A stretch of DNA of 64,000 nucleotides from a virus. Taxonomy: Duplodnaviria > Caudoviricetes. Below are positions 1 to 10,495 of this stretch, in pieces (position 1 is the stretch's first letter; the number at the start of each line of letters is the position of its first letter). Below the pieces are notes generated by a model, which worked only from the letters and a program-made list of their open reading frames with translations, searched no databases and was not told the DNA's origin. Made by a program: the position numbers and the translations under genes. The DNA lies in IMG/VR virus record IMGVR_UViG_3300008259_003073. One strand, 5' to 3'.

Positions 1-102
1 ATGCATCGCCTTTGTTTAGATATGATTTTACTAAATCAACATTGGCTTGTATTTCGGGTCTTAACCAATTTTCCCATTCATTTAATTCCATATTATTATA
101 AT

Positions 103-849
103 TTATTTTCCGTATTTTTGCCAATCGTTATGCATGAATAATCCTTCATTGTGGCCAACTTTAAATGTAGATTCGGCCCACCATTTTGCTATATTACCTT
201 CCAATGCGATACCATCTCCGGCAAATTTATTTACTACATCTAAATAAAATTGTTTTTTATATAAACATGGATTGTTTGTCCAATTACCGTAACGAGATGT
301 TGTCCAAAACATATCTTCTGTTTTATTTATATAATCACCAAATTCAATATCAGGTTCACACCAATGTAAAGAATCCAATAAATGTGGAGATGTACATTGT
401 GAGTTATCATCATAGTATGTTAACTCTTGTCCTTGATACCTAAATGAAAAATGTGGATAACCTGGATTCTTTCTGTGTCTTAAACGAACAACATCCATCC
501 CCATTTCAATTGCCTGATAACTTTTCTTTAATGTGTTATATGTGGTTTCCCTATTTTCAATTAAATTCCAATCATGCTCCAATACCAATACATAATCCGA
601 TTGTGCGTTTTGAGTTAGTTTAATAAATCCTTGCCCTATACCTACGTTTTGATTCAATCCTATGCAATCTAATCCAAAATGTTTTGCAATTTGATAATCT
701 TGCTCATTGAATTCTTGAAATAATATAGTAGTATCGTTTACCATATCAAACAATCCATTGTTATAATATGTGGTTAATGTATCAACTAATACTTGCCCAC
801 TATTCCAGGAAAGTATTCCTATACTAATTGGTAATTTATCCATGTACAA
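103..849 (-). CDS. Glycosyltransferase family 2-like protein
   Basis: 248-aa ORF; N-terminal strand ISIGILSWN, NVGIGQG, and DXD-like VLVLEHDW; lies in a GT cluster. Confidence 0.65.
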   Translation of the reverse strand: MYMDKLPISIGILSWNSGQVLVDTLTTYYNNGLFDMVNDTTILFQEFNEQDYQIAKHFGLDCIGLNQNVGIGQGFIKLTQNAQSDYVLVLEHDWNLIENRETTYNTLKKSYQAIEMGMDVVRLRHRKNPGYPHFSFRYQGQELTYYDDNSQCTSPHLLDSLHWCEPDIEFGDYINKTEDMFWTTSRYGNWTNNPCLYKKQFYLDVVNKFAGDGIALEGNIAKWWAESTFKVGHNEGLFMHNDWQKYGK

Positions 850-1474
850 ATAATTTTAAAAAGTTAACTTGGTCTTCCATTTTTCTAGCATCCCATTCTT
901 TCTCATCCGAAGTTGTACTCATTTCAGTTTCAACTTTGAAGTTTCTCAATATACCTTTTGGTGCTGGATTTTTATCTTTTATAAAATTATCGCCATACCA
1001 TATTTTAATATTTTCTGGAATGTTAATCCAATACTTTTTATGCAACATAATGAAACATCCCCATCCCCAATCATTGATTCCAGATTTCCAAACATCTATG
1101 AAAGGTCCTCTTTCTTCATCAATAGGTTCTTTGTAATTACCTTCACCCATTCCAATAATACCATACTGGGAAAGAACATCTTCGGTTATTACTTCAAAAA
1201 TATTTGGGTCAAAGTTAATATCATCGTTTAGTATCGCTATACTATTATTTTTAGCTAGTTTAACTCCTAAATTCCAAGCGGGGTTTACATAAATGTTTTC
1301 TTCTACTTGAACTAATTTAACTTTATCTAATCCTTCAAAATGTTCAAAGAATTTGCCGGCGTTATCTATTAATATAATTTCATCTACAAATTCACATTTT
1401 ATCAAATCAAATAATAGTTTTCCAATTCTATTTGATTTCCAAAGTGTTGGGATTACTATTGAATATTTTTGCAT
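836..1474 (-). CDS. Glycosyltransferase family 2 (GT-A)
   Basis: YSIVIPT start, EIILIDN, NPAWNLG, ILNDDI (DXD), WYGDN. Confidence 0.8.
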   Translation of the reverse strand: MQKYSIVIPTLWKSNRIGKLLFDLIKCEFVDEIILIDNAGKFFEHFEGLDKVKLVQVEENIYVNPAWNLGVKLAKNNSIAILNDDINFDPNIFEVITEDVLSQYGIIGMGEGNYKEPIDEERGPFIDVWKSGINDWGWGCFIMLHKKYWINIPENIKIWYGDNFIKDKNPAPKGILRNFKVETEMSTTSDEKEWDARKMEDQVNFLKLFVHG

Positions 1475-1476
1475 AA

Positions 1477-2037
1477 TTATTTTTTAATAATTTCCAATAT
1501 GATATCATCGTATCTGTTTTTGTTTTTTGTCAAATCAAATACTTTATATACATAATTTAAACTATGTACCTCATCAATTAATTTATTTAAATCGGAGTTG
1601 GATTGAATGTCTTCGATAATAAGTTTACCACCCAATTTTACTTTACTGAACCAATTTTTTATAGAGTATATTTGACTATCGATTGTATGTGGTCCATCAT
1701 CTATTAGATAATCGATTGAATCATTTTCAAACATATCTAATACATCTTGCGTATATGCATCTGCTTCTATAATCTGTATATCTCCCATTTTTCTAATATC
1801 ATCCGCCATACCTTCTGGTAAATTATAAAATGGGTCTATACCAGTTATTTCCGAATTTATAAACCAATCTCTTAATAGTTTCATAGAAGGGCCTCTATGT
1901 ACGCCTATTTCCAGTATTTTTAATTTATCATTTCTTTTTAGTGTAAATTCTTCCGAATAATACCCATTTATATAGTCGTGTGTCGTTCCTTTATCACTTT
2001 TAATTTCAGAAACTTCGTAAAATTCAGCAAATGTCAT
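1477..2037 (-). CDS. Class I SAM-dependent methyltransferase (possibly sugar O-methyltransferase)
   Basis: ILEIGV motif I, GIDP, IIEADA, LIDDGPH, GGKLIIEDI. Confidence 0.8.
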   Translation of the reverse strand: MTFAEFYEVSEIKSDKGTTHDYINGYYSEEFTLKRNDKLKILEIGVHRGPSMKLLRDWFINSEITGIDPFYNLPEGMADDIRKMGDIQIIEADAYTQDVLDMFENDSIDYLIDDGPHTIDSQIYSIKNWFSKVKLGGKLIIEDIQSNSDLNKLIDEVHSLNYVYKVFDLTKNKNRYDDIILEIIKK

Positions 2038-3032
2038 AATTTATTTTTCCAAAATGAGTAAATACCTTTATCAAGCTCGTATGATGGCCAGATAAATTGT
2101 TCTCTTTTAGGTTGATGTGATGCCCAAACCCACATATCCCACAATCCTTCATCTAAAGAAGTTTTATGTTCAAATCCTAATATATTAATTGATTTTTGAA
2201 AAGTTGGAATTGACCTTTTAACTTCGTGTCTACCCTCTTTATAAACAACTTCACCACTACCTATGATTGCTCTCAATAATGAATTTGCTTTGTTTATACT
2301 CCATTCCTCAATACCGCCCAAATTAATAATTTGTTTAGATGCTTCGGGTCTAATTGCCGAGTTCCACAATGGTTCTACAATATCATCTACACAACTAAAC
2401 GCTCTGGTTTGTTCACCATCTCCAAATATCGTCATTGGTTCTCCATTTAAATGCTGATACATCCAAATACCCAATACATTTCGATACTTGTCCCAAATGT
2501 TTTGATTGATACCATACACATTATGTGGTCTGATAATACACCAGTCTAAACCATGTTGTTCTCCTGCAATTTGTATATCCATCTCACATCCATATTTTGC
2601 AACTCCATACGGGTCGATTGGTTTAGGTGTGTGTGTTTCATCAAATAATCCACCTTCTCCATGACCATATACTGCAAGGGTTGAAGTGAATATCAATCGT
2701 TTAACATTATGTTTAATACATTGGTTAACTACTCTTGCAGTTGCAACCAAATTGTTTTCGTAATTATATTGTCTGATAAATGGTGATAACCCTTCTGCTG
2801 CGTATGCTGCAAAATGGAACACATAGTCAAATTTGTGAATTTCAAAACAATTTTCAATTGGGTGTGTTACCAAATTCATTTGCCAAAATTCTACTGTTGG
2901 GTTTACATTTTCTCTATATCCACCACTTAAATCATCAATTCCAACTATATGAACTTCTGGATGTTTTTCGGTTAACCAATCTGCTAATCTACTACCTAAT
3001 AGCCCCGCTACTCCCGTTATTAAAACTTTCAT
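2034..3032 (-). CDS. NAD-dependent epimerase/dehydratase (extended SDR, NDP-sugar modifying)
   Basis: GVAGLLG Rossmann motif, HFAAYAA, TST, YGVAK (YxxxK), RPHNVYG, IFGDGEQTRAF. Confidence 0.92.
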   Translation of the reverse strand: MKVLITGVAGLLGSRLADWLTEKHPEVHIVGIDDLSGGYRENVNPTVEFWQMNLVTHPIENCFEIHKFDYVFHFAAYAAEGLSPFIRQYNYENNLVATARVVNQCIKHNVKRLIFTSTLAVYGHGEGGLFDETHTPKPIDPYGVAKYGCEMDIQIAGEQHGLDWCIIRPHNVYGINQNIWDKYRNVLGIWMYQHLNGEPMTIFGDGEQTRAFSCVDDIVEPLWNSAIRPEASKQIINLGGIEEWSINKANSLLRAIIGSGEVVYKEGRHEVKRSIPTFQKSINILGFEHKTSLDEGLWDMWVWASHQPKREQFIWPSYELDKGIYSFWKNKL

Positions 3033-3879
3033 AATTTTCTATTAATTTATTTACTACTTGAATTTGTGTGTAATTATGCAACACTTTCATCATTCCGTTA
3101 TGTGCAATTCTTTCCCTTTCCTCTTCGTTTTCATTGTAATAGTTCATCTTCTCTATACAATCGAACATCTCATCGTAATATACAATATCTTCCCCTTCTA
3201 CAAACATTTCAGATAAACCAGTTTCATCTGGCAACCTATCAGTTAATATCATCTTACCACACGCCATTCCTTCAAAGATTCTACGGGTAATTTCTTTCCA
3301 TCTACTATTCTGAATTACTATTAAACCAGTATTCAAAAATTCCGTATGTTCTTTAGGTCCTAATCCATTTCTATTACCAACTGCTCCCTCTGCCCAATTT
3401 GTAAGATAATCTAAAAATTGGGAATTTCCAAGTCCTCGTGTAGTTACTGCAACATATTGTGGTTCTAAATTCATTGGAAACTGAACTTTAGTATCTGCGA
3501 AATGATTTATCCATTCAGCATTTATACCTCTGTTTCTATATTCTTGTGCAGATTGTTTATCGGGTGTGATTGTGTAATGGAAACGATTTGCTTTAGGATA
3601 ATTTCTTTCAAAGTTTTGTGGGTCATCACCACTTTCTTGTATCCAAAATGCAGGAACTAAATCCTTATTAAGATATTGTGAATCAAATCTACCCCAATCC
3701 ATAAACAATACGATATCTGTTTGTGGTTTGGAATTTACCCAATTCTTTAAATCAGTATCATTTGTTTTGATTATTTGAGTTTCCCACCCTCTTTCTTTAA
3801 ATTCATTTACTAATGCCAATGGAGTAGACCATACTTCCCCATCTCTATAATCGTATATGAATGTTATTTTATTTTGCAT
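2992..3879 (-). CDS. Glycosyltransferase, CgeB/YkvP-like (GT-B C-terminal domain)
   Basis: RRIFEGMACGKMILTD, FVEGEDIVYY, ERERIAHNG pattern. Confidence 0.75.
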   Translation of the reverse strand: MQNKITFIYDYRDGEVWSTPLALVNEFKERGWETQIIKTNDTDLKNWVNSKPQTDIVLFMDWGRFDSQYLNKDLVPAFWIQESGDDPQNFERNYPKANRFHYTITPDKQSAQEYRNRGINAEWINHFADTKVQFPMNLEPQYVAVTTRGLGNSQFLDYLTNWAEGAVGNRNGLGPKEHTEFLNTGLIVIQNSRWKEITRRIFEGMACGKMILTDRLPDETGLSEMFVEGEDIVYYDEMFDCIEKMNYYNENEEERERIAHNGMMKVLHNYTQIQVVNKLIENYESFNNGSSGAIR

Positions 3880-4498
3880 ATTCTTCTCTTTTAAATAAAA
3901 CCTGATAATGATTAGTTACTTCTAAATTATATGGTGAATATGGTTTCCAATTTACACCATTTTGAATATAATCGGTTTCTGCTGAAAACCTGTTTGTATT
4001 TATATTTTTTACATCTATCGTTTTCGCGTAGTCCGCTTTCATCCACCAAAAGTTACCAGAATATATTGTCCATTTTCCAGCATTACCAAGTAAGACACCG
4101 TATGTATTAAAATCAGTTTTTTCAAATAATTTAAAAACATTTCTGGTTTTTTCTATATTAAAATAATTCATAAGATGTCTCCAAGATGCAACATTTGTGT
4201 TTCCTTGTTTGGATGCACCTTTAGTATGAAAATACAAAATATAATCCGAATCTGCAAATTTTTCTACATCTTTTTGTATTAATTCCAATGTAACAAATTC
4301 ATTACCTCTCGCTCTGACATCCCTTACATTTTTAAATTTAGTCAACAGATGGTATATTGATTTATTTTCTTCTGCAAGAGAAATCCCTATATTTAAAATA
4401 TAGGGAAAATCAAAATGTTTTTTTAATAAAGAAATCTGCTCTTCCACTATTGATTCTACCCCGTCTATTGCGTATATGTGATAATAGACGTGTACCAT
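3869..4498 (-). CDS. Hypothetical protein, putative glycosyltransferase-like
   Basis: 209-aa ORF coupled to both neighbours; YFHTKG and YSGNFWW motifs; function inferred from context only. Confidence 0.45.
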   Translation of the reverse strand: MVHVYYHIYAIDGVESIVEEQISLLKKHFDFPYILNIGISLAEENKSIYHLLTKFKNVRDVRARGNEFVTLELIQKDVEKFADSDYILYFHTKGASKQGNTNVASWRHLMNYFNIEKTRNVFKLFEKTDFNTYGVLLGNAGKWTIYSGNFWWMKADYAKTIDVKNINTNRFSAETDYIQNGVNWKPYSPYNLEVTNHYQVLFKREEYAK

Positions 4499-5124
4499 TA
4501 TAGTGTATCGTAATAATTGTTTTGTCTTTCTTGCCTATCAATTGTTTTTGGATGTATAATACAATACACTTCATCTGATGGGAAATTGGTGTATGATTGA
4601 AACCCAACAATTCTTTCATGTACTTTACCACTCCAACCAATTGTTTCTGGATTGTTTTTGTAGATACGAGTCTGAACATCTGGGAAGTTAACCCATCCTT
4701 TCTCATTAACATTCCATCCCCATTTTTGAATATGTGCTTCAGTTAATCCTTCGACTGTATTGATTCTCGGAACTACTATCAAATCCTTATCAGTATTAGC
4801 TTCTAATAGCTCTTCCAAATTATAGATTAAATCATTTGATAGGTACTCATCGGCATCTAATTGAAATATCCATTCACCTTTACAATGTGAATTTAAAAAG
4901 TTTTTCCATTGTGCAAAATCATTATCAAATTCAGATTCAATTAAAGTGATGTAATTTGCATTAGCTTGCAATTCTAAATACTCAATCATTTCCGTAGAAG
5001 ATTTTGGAGTATCTAAAAGGACTACTATTTCCGAATTTTCACCTTTATAGTTTATCAGTTGTGTAATTAACCTTATAATTTCTTCATGCTCATTACAAGC
5101 CGTTATTGCGTAACTTAATTTCAT
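4498..5124 (-). CDS. Glycosyltransferase family 2
   Basis: LSYAITA, EIVVLLD, DFAQWKN, WIFQLDADE (DXD), VPRIN, W-x-G-x-VHE. Confidence 0.85.
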   Translation of the reverse strand: MKLSYAITACNEHEEIIRLITQLINYKGENSEIVVLLDTPKSSTEMIEYLELQANANYITLIESEFDNDFAQWKNFLNSHCKGEWIFQLDADEYLSNDLIYNLEELLEANTDKDLIVVPRINTVEGLTEAHIQKWGWNVNEKGWVNFPDVQTRIYKNNPETIGWSGKVHERIVGFQSYTNFPSDEVYCIIHPKTIDRQERQNNYYDTL

Positions 5125-5125
5125 T

Positions 5126-5587
5126 TTAATCTTCGTTGTGTTGAATTTTTATATCATCTAAACCGTCACCAGTTGTATATGGTGGATTATATGTATTATT
5201 TGTATAATGCCATGCTGAACCACTTGGGTATCCATATGTGGTTGATGTACTCATACCATTGGGTGTGATGATTGTACTAATACTGCTACCTGGTGTACTT
5301 GCAATTGTTATACCAGGTGTTGATGGAGTTACAAATCCAGGTGATGGTGCCGTTCCGTTTGGTTTGACACATGGTATCTCTACATTTGGATAATAAGTGT
5401 GAGGTTCTTGCCATCTTGGAAATGGTTGTGTATTTGGAACATCCGCTCCAGTATATCCAATGGGTTGTGTATCGTTAACCTCTGCCAATTTTGCTTTTAG
5501 TATATCCCACTGCATTGGGGTAATGTTATACTGATGTACTCCTTCAGTAAATCCTTGTAACCAAATTACAAATTCTTTTGATGTCAT
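5126..5587 (-). CDS. Hypothetical phage protein with Pro/Thr/Ser-rich tail
   Basis: 153-aa ORF filling the gap exactly; compact N-terminus (EFVIWLQGF) then low-complexity P/T/S region. Confidence 0.65.
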   Translation of the reverse strand: MTSKEFVIWLQGFTEGVHQYNITPMQWDILKAKLAEVNDTQPIGYTGADVPNTQPFPRWQEPHTYYPNVEIPCVKPNGTAPSPGFVTPSTPGITIASTPGSSISTIITPNGMSTSTTYGYPSGSAWHYTNNTYNPPYTTGDGLDDIKIQHNED

Positions 5588-6066
5588 AACTGTGTATTTT
5601 CGTTATTTTGTTCTTTAATAGTTTTTATTGATTTTTTTACATTAGGAGTCAATCCTTCAATATCCATTTCTAATTCAGTTATTCTACCAAACCCACTTAT
5701 TTTATAAGTTCTATATGCTTCATTTGTTATTATAGGTACTTTAGAAACTACGGATGAATAAAACTTTTTTGCACCACCCTTCATTTCTAATTTATCTTCA
5801 TCTTCGTTTACAAATTTACCAAAAAATCTTTTTACTAAAGCCGGATTTATATTTGATACTTTAACTGCATGAACTACTCCTTTGGCTCTAGATACAAACA
5901 AAGTGTATATAATTGGTCCATCACCTATAGAGTATGATTGCTTTGTACCATCTACATATTCGTATTGCATTATCATATAGAATTTTCCACGCCTCATTCT
6001 TTCGGGTGATACTGATTTATCACCCTTATCTATGTACTTGCGATATATACGATTATATGCTGACAC
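5584..6066 (-). CDS. Hypothetical protein (basic)
   Basis: 160-aa ORF, overlapping start/stop with neighbours. Confidence 0.65.
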   Translation of the reverse strand: MSAYNRIYRKYIDKGDKSVSPERMRRGKFYMIMQYEYVDGTKQSYSIGDGPIIYTLFVSRAKGVVHAVKVSNINPALVKRFFGKFVNEDEDKLEMKGGAKKFYSSVVSKVPIITNEAYRTYKISGFGRITELEMDIEGLTPNVKKSIKTIKEQNNENTQL

Positions 6067-7334
6067 TACTTATTTAACATTTTTAGTTTAGGTAATTGCA
6101 GTTGTTGAAACTTTGGTTGTATCTTACTATAAATACCATATTGATTCAAAATTCCATCAAACAATTTAGTCATTTTTTCCAATCCAAAGTTTTGTTTATT
6201 TTGTTTGCCCAATTGTAAAGATGCCGTTTTGTATTTTTCATAGTTCTTATAAACATCTTTTATAGATGATAATGCTTTTGAAATGTTTACATTAAACCAT
6301 TGTGATTCTTTTAATAAGAATTGGTCTGCTGCTGATTCATGTACTGGTTTTAATTCACCTTCCAATAAAACAGCTCCTTGCTTTAAGAAATCCAAATGTC
6401 CACTCCAATTAGATACAATTACAGGTTTACCCGTCAAACTGAACTCCAATAGGGGTCTACCAAACCCTTCACCTTTTGTGAAGTTTAACATTGCTTTTAC
6501 TTTCGGATGTTCATACAATCCGTTCATTTGAGCAGGTGTTAAATCACCATGCAACAAATAGATTGGAACTGATTTATAATCATTACCCAATACCTCTCTA
6601 ATTTTTTTAATAGTGGTTTCTCTATCCATTACAGAGAATCCTGCTGAAGATGTTTTAAGAACCAATGCGGGTTTTACCTTTTCATTTTTGAATGCCATTG
6701 CGAATGTTTTAATCATCATTCCCACATTCTTTCTATCTTCACCCAAATCACCTCTTAACCAATGTCCTACAAATAGGAATGCAAACTCTTCTTTGATTGA
6801 ATCCAATTCGGTAATATGCTCAAAGGTTTTGGTTCCAAAATCAGCTTCATCAAATCCTTCGAAGAGGATTTCAACAGGTTTTTGAATTCTGTGTTGTGCA
6901 ACTAATTGTCCACTTTGTTTATCTTGCTCATTATATACCGTATCTACTAAACTTTTCTTTGAATGTTCGGATGGAACTATAATTAAATCCATTCGATTGC
7001 ATCCATGAATCCAATCTAATGCACAATGTGTAGTTTCAATTGCTGCAGTAATTCCAATGTTATAAAACCCTAATGGTTGAAATTCATTTGGAACTGTAAC
7101 TTGAATATAAATGTCAGGTTTTTCTGTAATCTGTGGAATGATGTTATCTACCGCCCATTTATGAAATTCATTATCATAATTAAGAGCATCCATTGGGGTA
7201 TTCCCCCAACGAGTGCTAATAATTTTAATATCAAACTTATCTAATTTATATAAAGAGTGTAACAAATCTCTCGCGTGGTCACCATACCCACTTCTTGTTG
7301 CAATTGGTGCCTGAAATACTAATGTTGGTTTCAT
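6066..7334 (-). CDS. Glycosyltransferase family 4-like (GT-B)
   Basis: SGYGDHAR, IIVPSEHSK, RKNVGMMIKTF, GEGFGRPLLE, VIVSNWSG. Confidence 0.88.
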   Translation of the reverse strand: MKPTLVFQAPIATRSGYGDHARDLLHSLYKLDKFDIKIISTRWGNTPMDALNYDNEFHKWAVDNIIPQITEKPDIYIQVTVPNEFQPLGFYNIGITAAIETTHCALDWIHGCNRMDLIIVPSEHSKKSLVDTVYNEQDKQSGQLVAQHRIQKPVEILFEGFDEADFGTKTFEHITELDSIKEEFAFLFVGHWLRGDLGEDRKNVGMMIKTFAMAFKNEKVKPALVLKTSSAGFSVMDRETTIKKIREVLGNDYKSVPIYLLHGDLTPAQMNGLYEHPKVKAMLNFTKGEGFGRPLLEFSLTGKPVIVSNWSGHLDFLKQGAVLLEGELKPVHESAADQFLLKESQWFNVNISKALSSIKDVYKNYEKYKTASLQLGKQNKQNFGLEKMTKLFDGILNQYGIYSKIQPKFQQLQLPKLKMLNK

Positions 7335-7335
7335 A

Positions 7336-8718
7336 TTATAACTCTATTAACTTAAATTTTTTCTTTGGTTTCCAATTTTCAAATGCACCTTCCATACCAT
7401 CTGATAGTGTTTTACACATTGCTTCTCTGCTCAACAATCCATCACCTAACATCCACTTTCTTCCTTTTAATGCTGCTGCATCTCTATCTTCTTTTGGAGT
7501 TAAATACCATTCCATAATCAATGGTGATATATCTTCGAAATCAACCCTATCATCAAAAATATAAGGAGTAGGAACTGAACCCGTGGTTGAACGAACTGGC
7601 CAAATTGGTTTAACCCAATCTCCCCAAACTACACCTGCTTTTTTATGTCTATCATGTAATGAACCTATCTCTACATAATCTTCTGCGGTTAGTAATTTTC
7701 CAGTTGTAATATCTCTAAACCCACATTGGTCTTGCAATCCACCTGTTACCGTTACAATAATTGGAGTTCCTGCCATTACCGATTCTGCAGTTGCTAATCC
7801 AAATCCTTCGTTAGATGCTACGTTAATTGTTACATCTCCCAAATTATAAAGATAATTCAATTGTTCTTCTGTATATCGGTTTGGAGCGAATACTACATTT
7901 GTTTCAGATGAACAACACTCTGCTATAGTTCTCGGTAAATCCGTTCCATGCTCTTCAACTGGATTAGTGTGCATCAATAAACATACTTTACTTCTATGCT
8001 CTGGAGCTAATGCCTCCACAAATTTATCAAATGCAAGAATTACATCAATTGGTTGTTTTCTACGAATGTTTCTATTATTCCAATATAAAACAAAATCGTA
8101 TTCCTTTTCACCAAAGATTTCTTTTTTGAAATCAGCTGGTACTTCAACTGGCTTATACAAATCCGAATTGATACCATGCGGTACATAACTTACTTGCCAA
8201 TCAGCAGGTGGTGTCCAATGCTTTTCTTTATCCCATCCCCAAACTCTACGAGTAATCCCATAAGTTTGCTTTGAAATACATCCAATCCAATCACAACTTT
8301 CGTAATAATCTCTATTGTATTTTGGGTCTGGTAAATCATCCCAAATGTGATAAAAGAAAAGGGGAACTGATTGACGAATTTCATGTTCAATTTCATACAA
8401 CCAAATCCAATATCTAGGGTCAGTAAAGTGTAAGATAGCATCAGGCTTTTCTACCATCAATAATTGACGAATAATGCCTGGATTACCATAACCATCTGAT
8501 GGGTAAATTTTTACATTCGCATCTTTTACGCCAGTTTGTTCTCTAACACTTTCGTTTAAATCTAAAATCTTACCTGCTTCTGGATGTTTGATTGCTGCAC
8601 CTAATTGAACCCAATCATATTTATCAACCGTTCCCATAACTAATTGTTTGGAAACATTAGCTATACCACTCGACATTCGCAAGTCGTCCGATAATAATAA
8701 AATCTTCTTTTTTGCCAT
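7336..8718 (-). CDS. Glycosyltransferase family 4 (GT-B)
   Basis: SGIANVS, YVPHGI, NRNIRRKQ, NEGFGLATAESVMAGTPII. Confidence 0.9.
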   Translation of the reverse strand: MAKKKILLLSDDLRMSSGIANVSKQLVMGTVDKYDWVQLGAAIKHPEAGKILDLNESVREQTGVKDANVKIYPSDGYGNPGIIRQLLMVEKPDAILHFTDPRYWIWLYEIEHEIRQSVPLFFYHIWDDLPDPKYNRDYYESCDWIGCISKQTYGITRRVWGWDKEKHWTPPADWQVSYVPHGINSDLYKPVEVPADFKKEIFGEKEYDFVLYWNNRNIRRKQPIDVILAFDKFVEALAPEHRSKVCLLMHTNPVEEHGTDLPRTIAECCSSETNVVFAPNRYTEEQLNYLYNLGDVTINVASNEGFGLATAESVMAGTPIIVTVTGGLQDQCGFRDITTGKLLTAEDYVEIGSLHDRHKKAGVVWGDWVKPIWPVRSTTGSVPTPYIFDDRVDFEDISPLIMEWYLTPKEDRDAAALKGRKWMLGDGLLSREAMCKTLSDGMEGAFENWKPKKKFKLIEL

Positions 8719-8746
8719 AACTCTTTTTATAAATAATTATTGTTTT

Positions 8747-9613
8747 TTATATTTTTCCATCACAAATTCCTCTTTGTTTAAATTCACACCAATCACAAAG
8801 TTTTGATGGATATTTAGGATATTTTGAATCTACATTATATTCACCACTCTGGTCAAACACATTATTAACGAATTCAGTAAACCCTTTCCATGCCTTATTC
8901 ATAGATGGTTTACCACTAGCAGGTACGTGTCTACTGATACGAGGAATGTTATAATCTGTATTTTCGGATACCTTACGCTTTAAAATAATAAATTCTACAT
9001 CTATTATATCTTCTGATATGTTTAGTAATTCTGCGTAAAACTTTTTGTATAAAAGTAATTGAGTACTTTTAACCGAGTCTGCTTTTTGGGTTTTGGTCCA
9101 GCCTCTAGTTGAGGTTTTGAAATCCGTAATACGGTATCTACCCGTTGATTTACTTCTAACAATAAAGTCAATGAATCCTAAAAAGTTTACATTTTCTGCA
9201 ATTTTGGTATTGATTGGTTGCTCTATTGCAATCAACTCATCATCTTTTAATGAAAAAAAGTTGTTGAAATTTTTAGACTTCTGAAAGTAATCTAAAATAA
9301 GATTACCATCTTCTAAAAACTCAACTAACTCTTCTTTGGAACATATTGGATTTTGTCCTTCGTTTGATTCTTTTAAAAAGGATTCTCTCATTTTTTCTTT
9401 GAGAAACTCCTTTGTATTCATATTCTTATCTGCTTGCGATTTAGAAATACGCAAACATCTACTTAAATATTCTTGCAAAGTCTCATGCATTGCAGAACCA
9501 AATACGGTGTGGATGCTAGATGATGATTCTCTCAAACCATCTATGTAAGCCAGTTTGTATTGATGGGGACATGAAGACCACATACTGTATTGGGAAAACG
9601 AAACTCTTGCCAT
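8747..9613 (-). CDS. PD-(D/E)XK exonuclease, Cas4/RecB-like with probable Fe-S cluster
   Basis: SSCPHQY, GSAMHETL, GFIDFI, DFKTS, QLLLY, C-terminal CDWC...C. Confidence 0.88.
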   Translation of the reverse strand: MARVSFSQYSMWSSCPHQYKLAYIDGLRESSSSIHTVFGSAMHETLQEYLSRCLRISKSQADKNMNTKEFLKEKMRESFLKESNEGQNPICSKEELVEFLEDGNLILDYFQKSKNFNNFFSLKDDELIAIEQPINTKIAENVNFLGFIDFIVRSKSTGRYRITDFKTSTRGWTKTQKADSVKSTQLLLYKKFYAELLNISEDIIDVEFIILKRKVSENTDYNIPRISRHVPASGKPSMNKAWKGFTEFVNNVFDQSGEYNVDSKYPKYPSKLCDWCEFKQRGICDGKI

Positions 9614-9629
9614 AGTGTGTTATTTAAAT

Positions 9630-9661
9630 ACAATATACACAATTTATTTCGTTTTTCCAAA
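9630..9661 (-). promoter_or_regulatory. Putative Bacteroidota-type housekeeping promoter
   Basis: Minus strand TTTG-N20-TATATTGT just upstream of the 9613 start. Confidence 0.5.
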
Positions 9662-10495
9662 TGTTTCTTCAATATAATTTTTTAATATATCAGTCCAAAT
9701 GTCACACGCTTCTAAATTTGGATGACCTGAATTTCCTTTAAAATAATGGTCACAATCATTAAATTCGGTAATACCTTTATCAAAAAAGAATTTAAGCATT
9801 GCTGGAATTTGTTTAAATATGTAATGATTACTAAATACATTATTTATTAAATTTTCATTAATGACATAACCACCTTCTCTTCTAGTAATATACCTTTCAA
9901 AATCTTCAAAATATGTTTTTATTTTAAATTCTTCATTTATGTTATCAGAATTAGATTCTTTTAGATAAAAATTTCCGTTATGCTCAAATGGTTTATGGTC
10001 ATTTATACCATCAAATATTATGTAAGGATATCCTTTTGATTCAAAATAAGAAGTTAGTGATAGTATATTTTGAAATGTTTTATATAATGCAAATGTTATG
10101 TTGTTGTATACATAAATCAATTCATCTTTATTTTTATAAATCCATTTTGATGCACCATTACCATCTTTAAAAGAATTCATATGTCTCTGAAAACATAATG
10201 GAGTTACATGCCATTCTTGTGGTGGGGTTCGCATATCATCATAATAGACATGGTATCTCAAACATTCTGTTAATTGAATAACAAATAATGAATTTTCTGC
10301 AATATCTTTTTTGATTTCGCAAAATTCTAAAGTTCTCCACGTAATGGTATCATTTCCACTACCACCTTTACCTATATTCACAACCTCTAAATTTAGTTTT
10401 TCTCCTAAAAATTTAGGCCATGCTCCTTCATTTCCTAGCATATGGCCTTCCGTAAAGGAACACCCATTTGCTACCAAATATTTTTTACCTAACAT
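9644..10495 (-). CDS. SGNH/GDSL hydrolase-like protein
   Basis: ANGCSFTEG (block I Ser), GSGND (block II), C-terminal GHPN (block V His). Confidence 0.6.
   Translation of the reverse strand: MLGKKYLVANGCSFTEGHMLGNEGAWPKFLGEKLNLEVVNIGKGGSGNDTITWRTLEFCEIKKDIAENSLFVIQLTECLRYHVYYDDMRTPPQEWHVTPLCFQRHMNSFKDGNGASKWIYKNKDELIYVYNNITFALYKTFQNILSLTSYFESKGYPYIIFDGINDHKPFEHNGNFYLKESNSDNINEEFKIKTYFEDFERYITRREGGYVINENLINNVFSNHYIFKQIPAMLKFFFDKGITEFNDCDHYFKGNSGHPNLEACDIWTDILKNYIEETFGKTK

Noticed and set aside
5584-6066. T4 gp2-like DNA end protector
   Set aside because: Only a vague resemblance in size and basic character; not enough motif evidence.
8747-9613. Cas4-like gene as part of a CRISPR-Cas system
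   Set aside because: No cas1/cas2 or array in the window; solo Cas4-like nucleases are common in phage replication modules.
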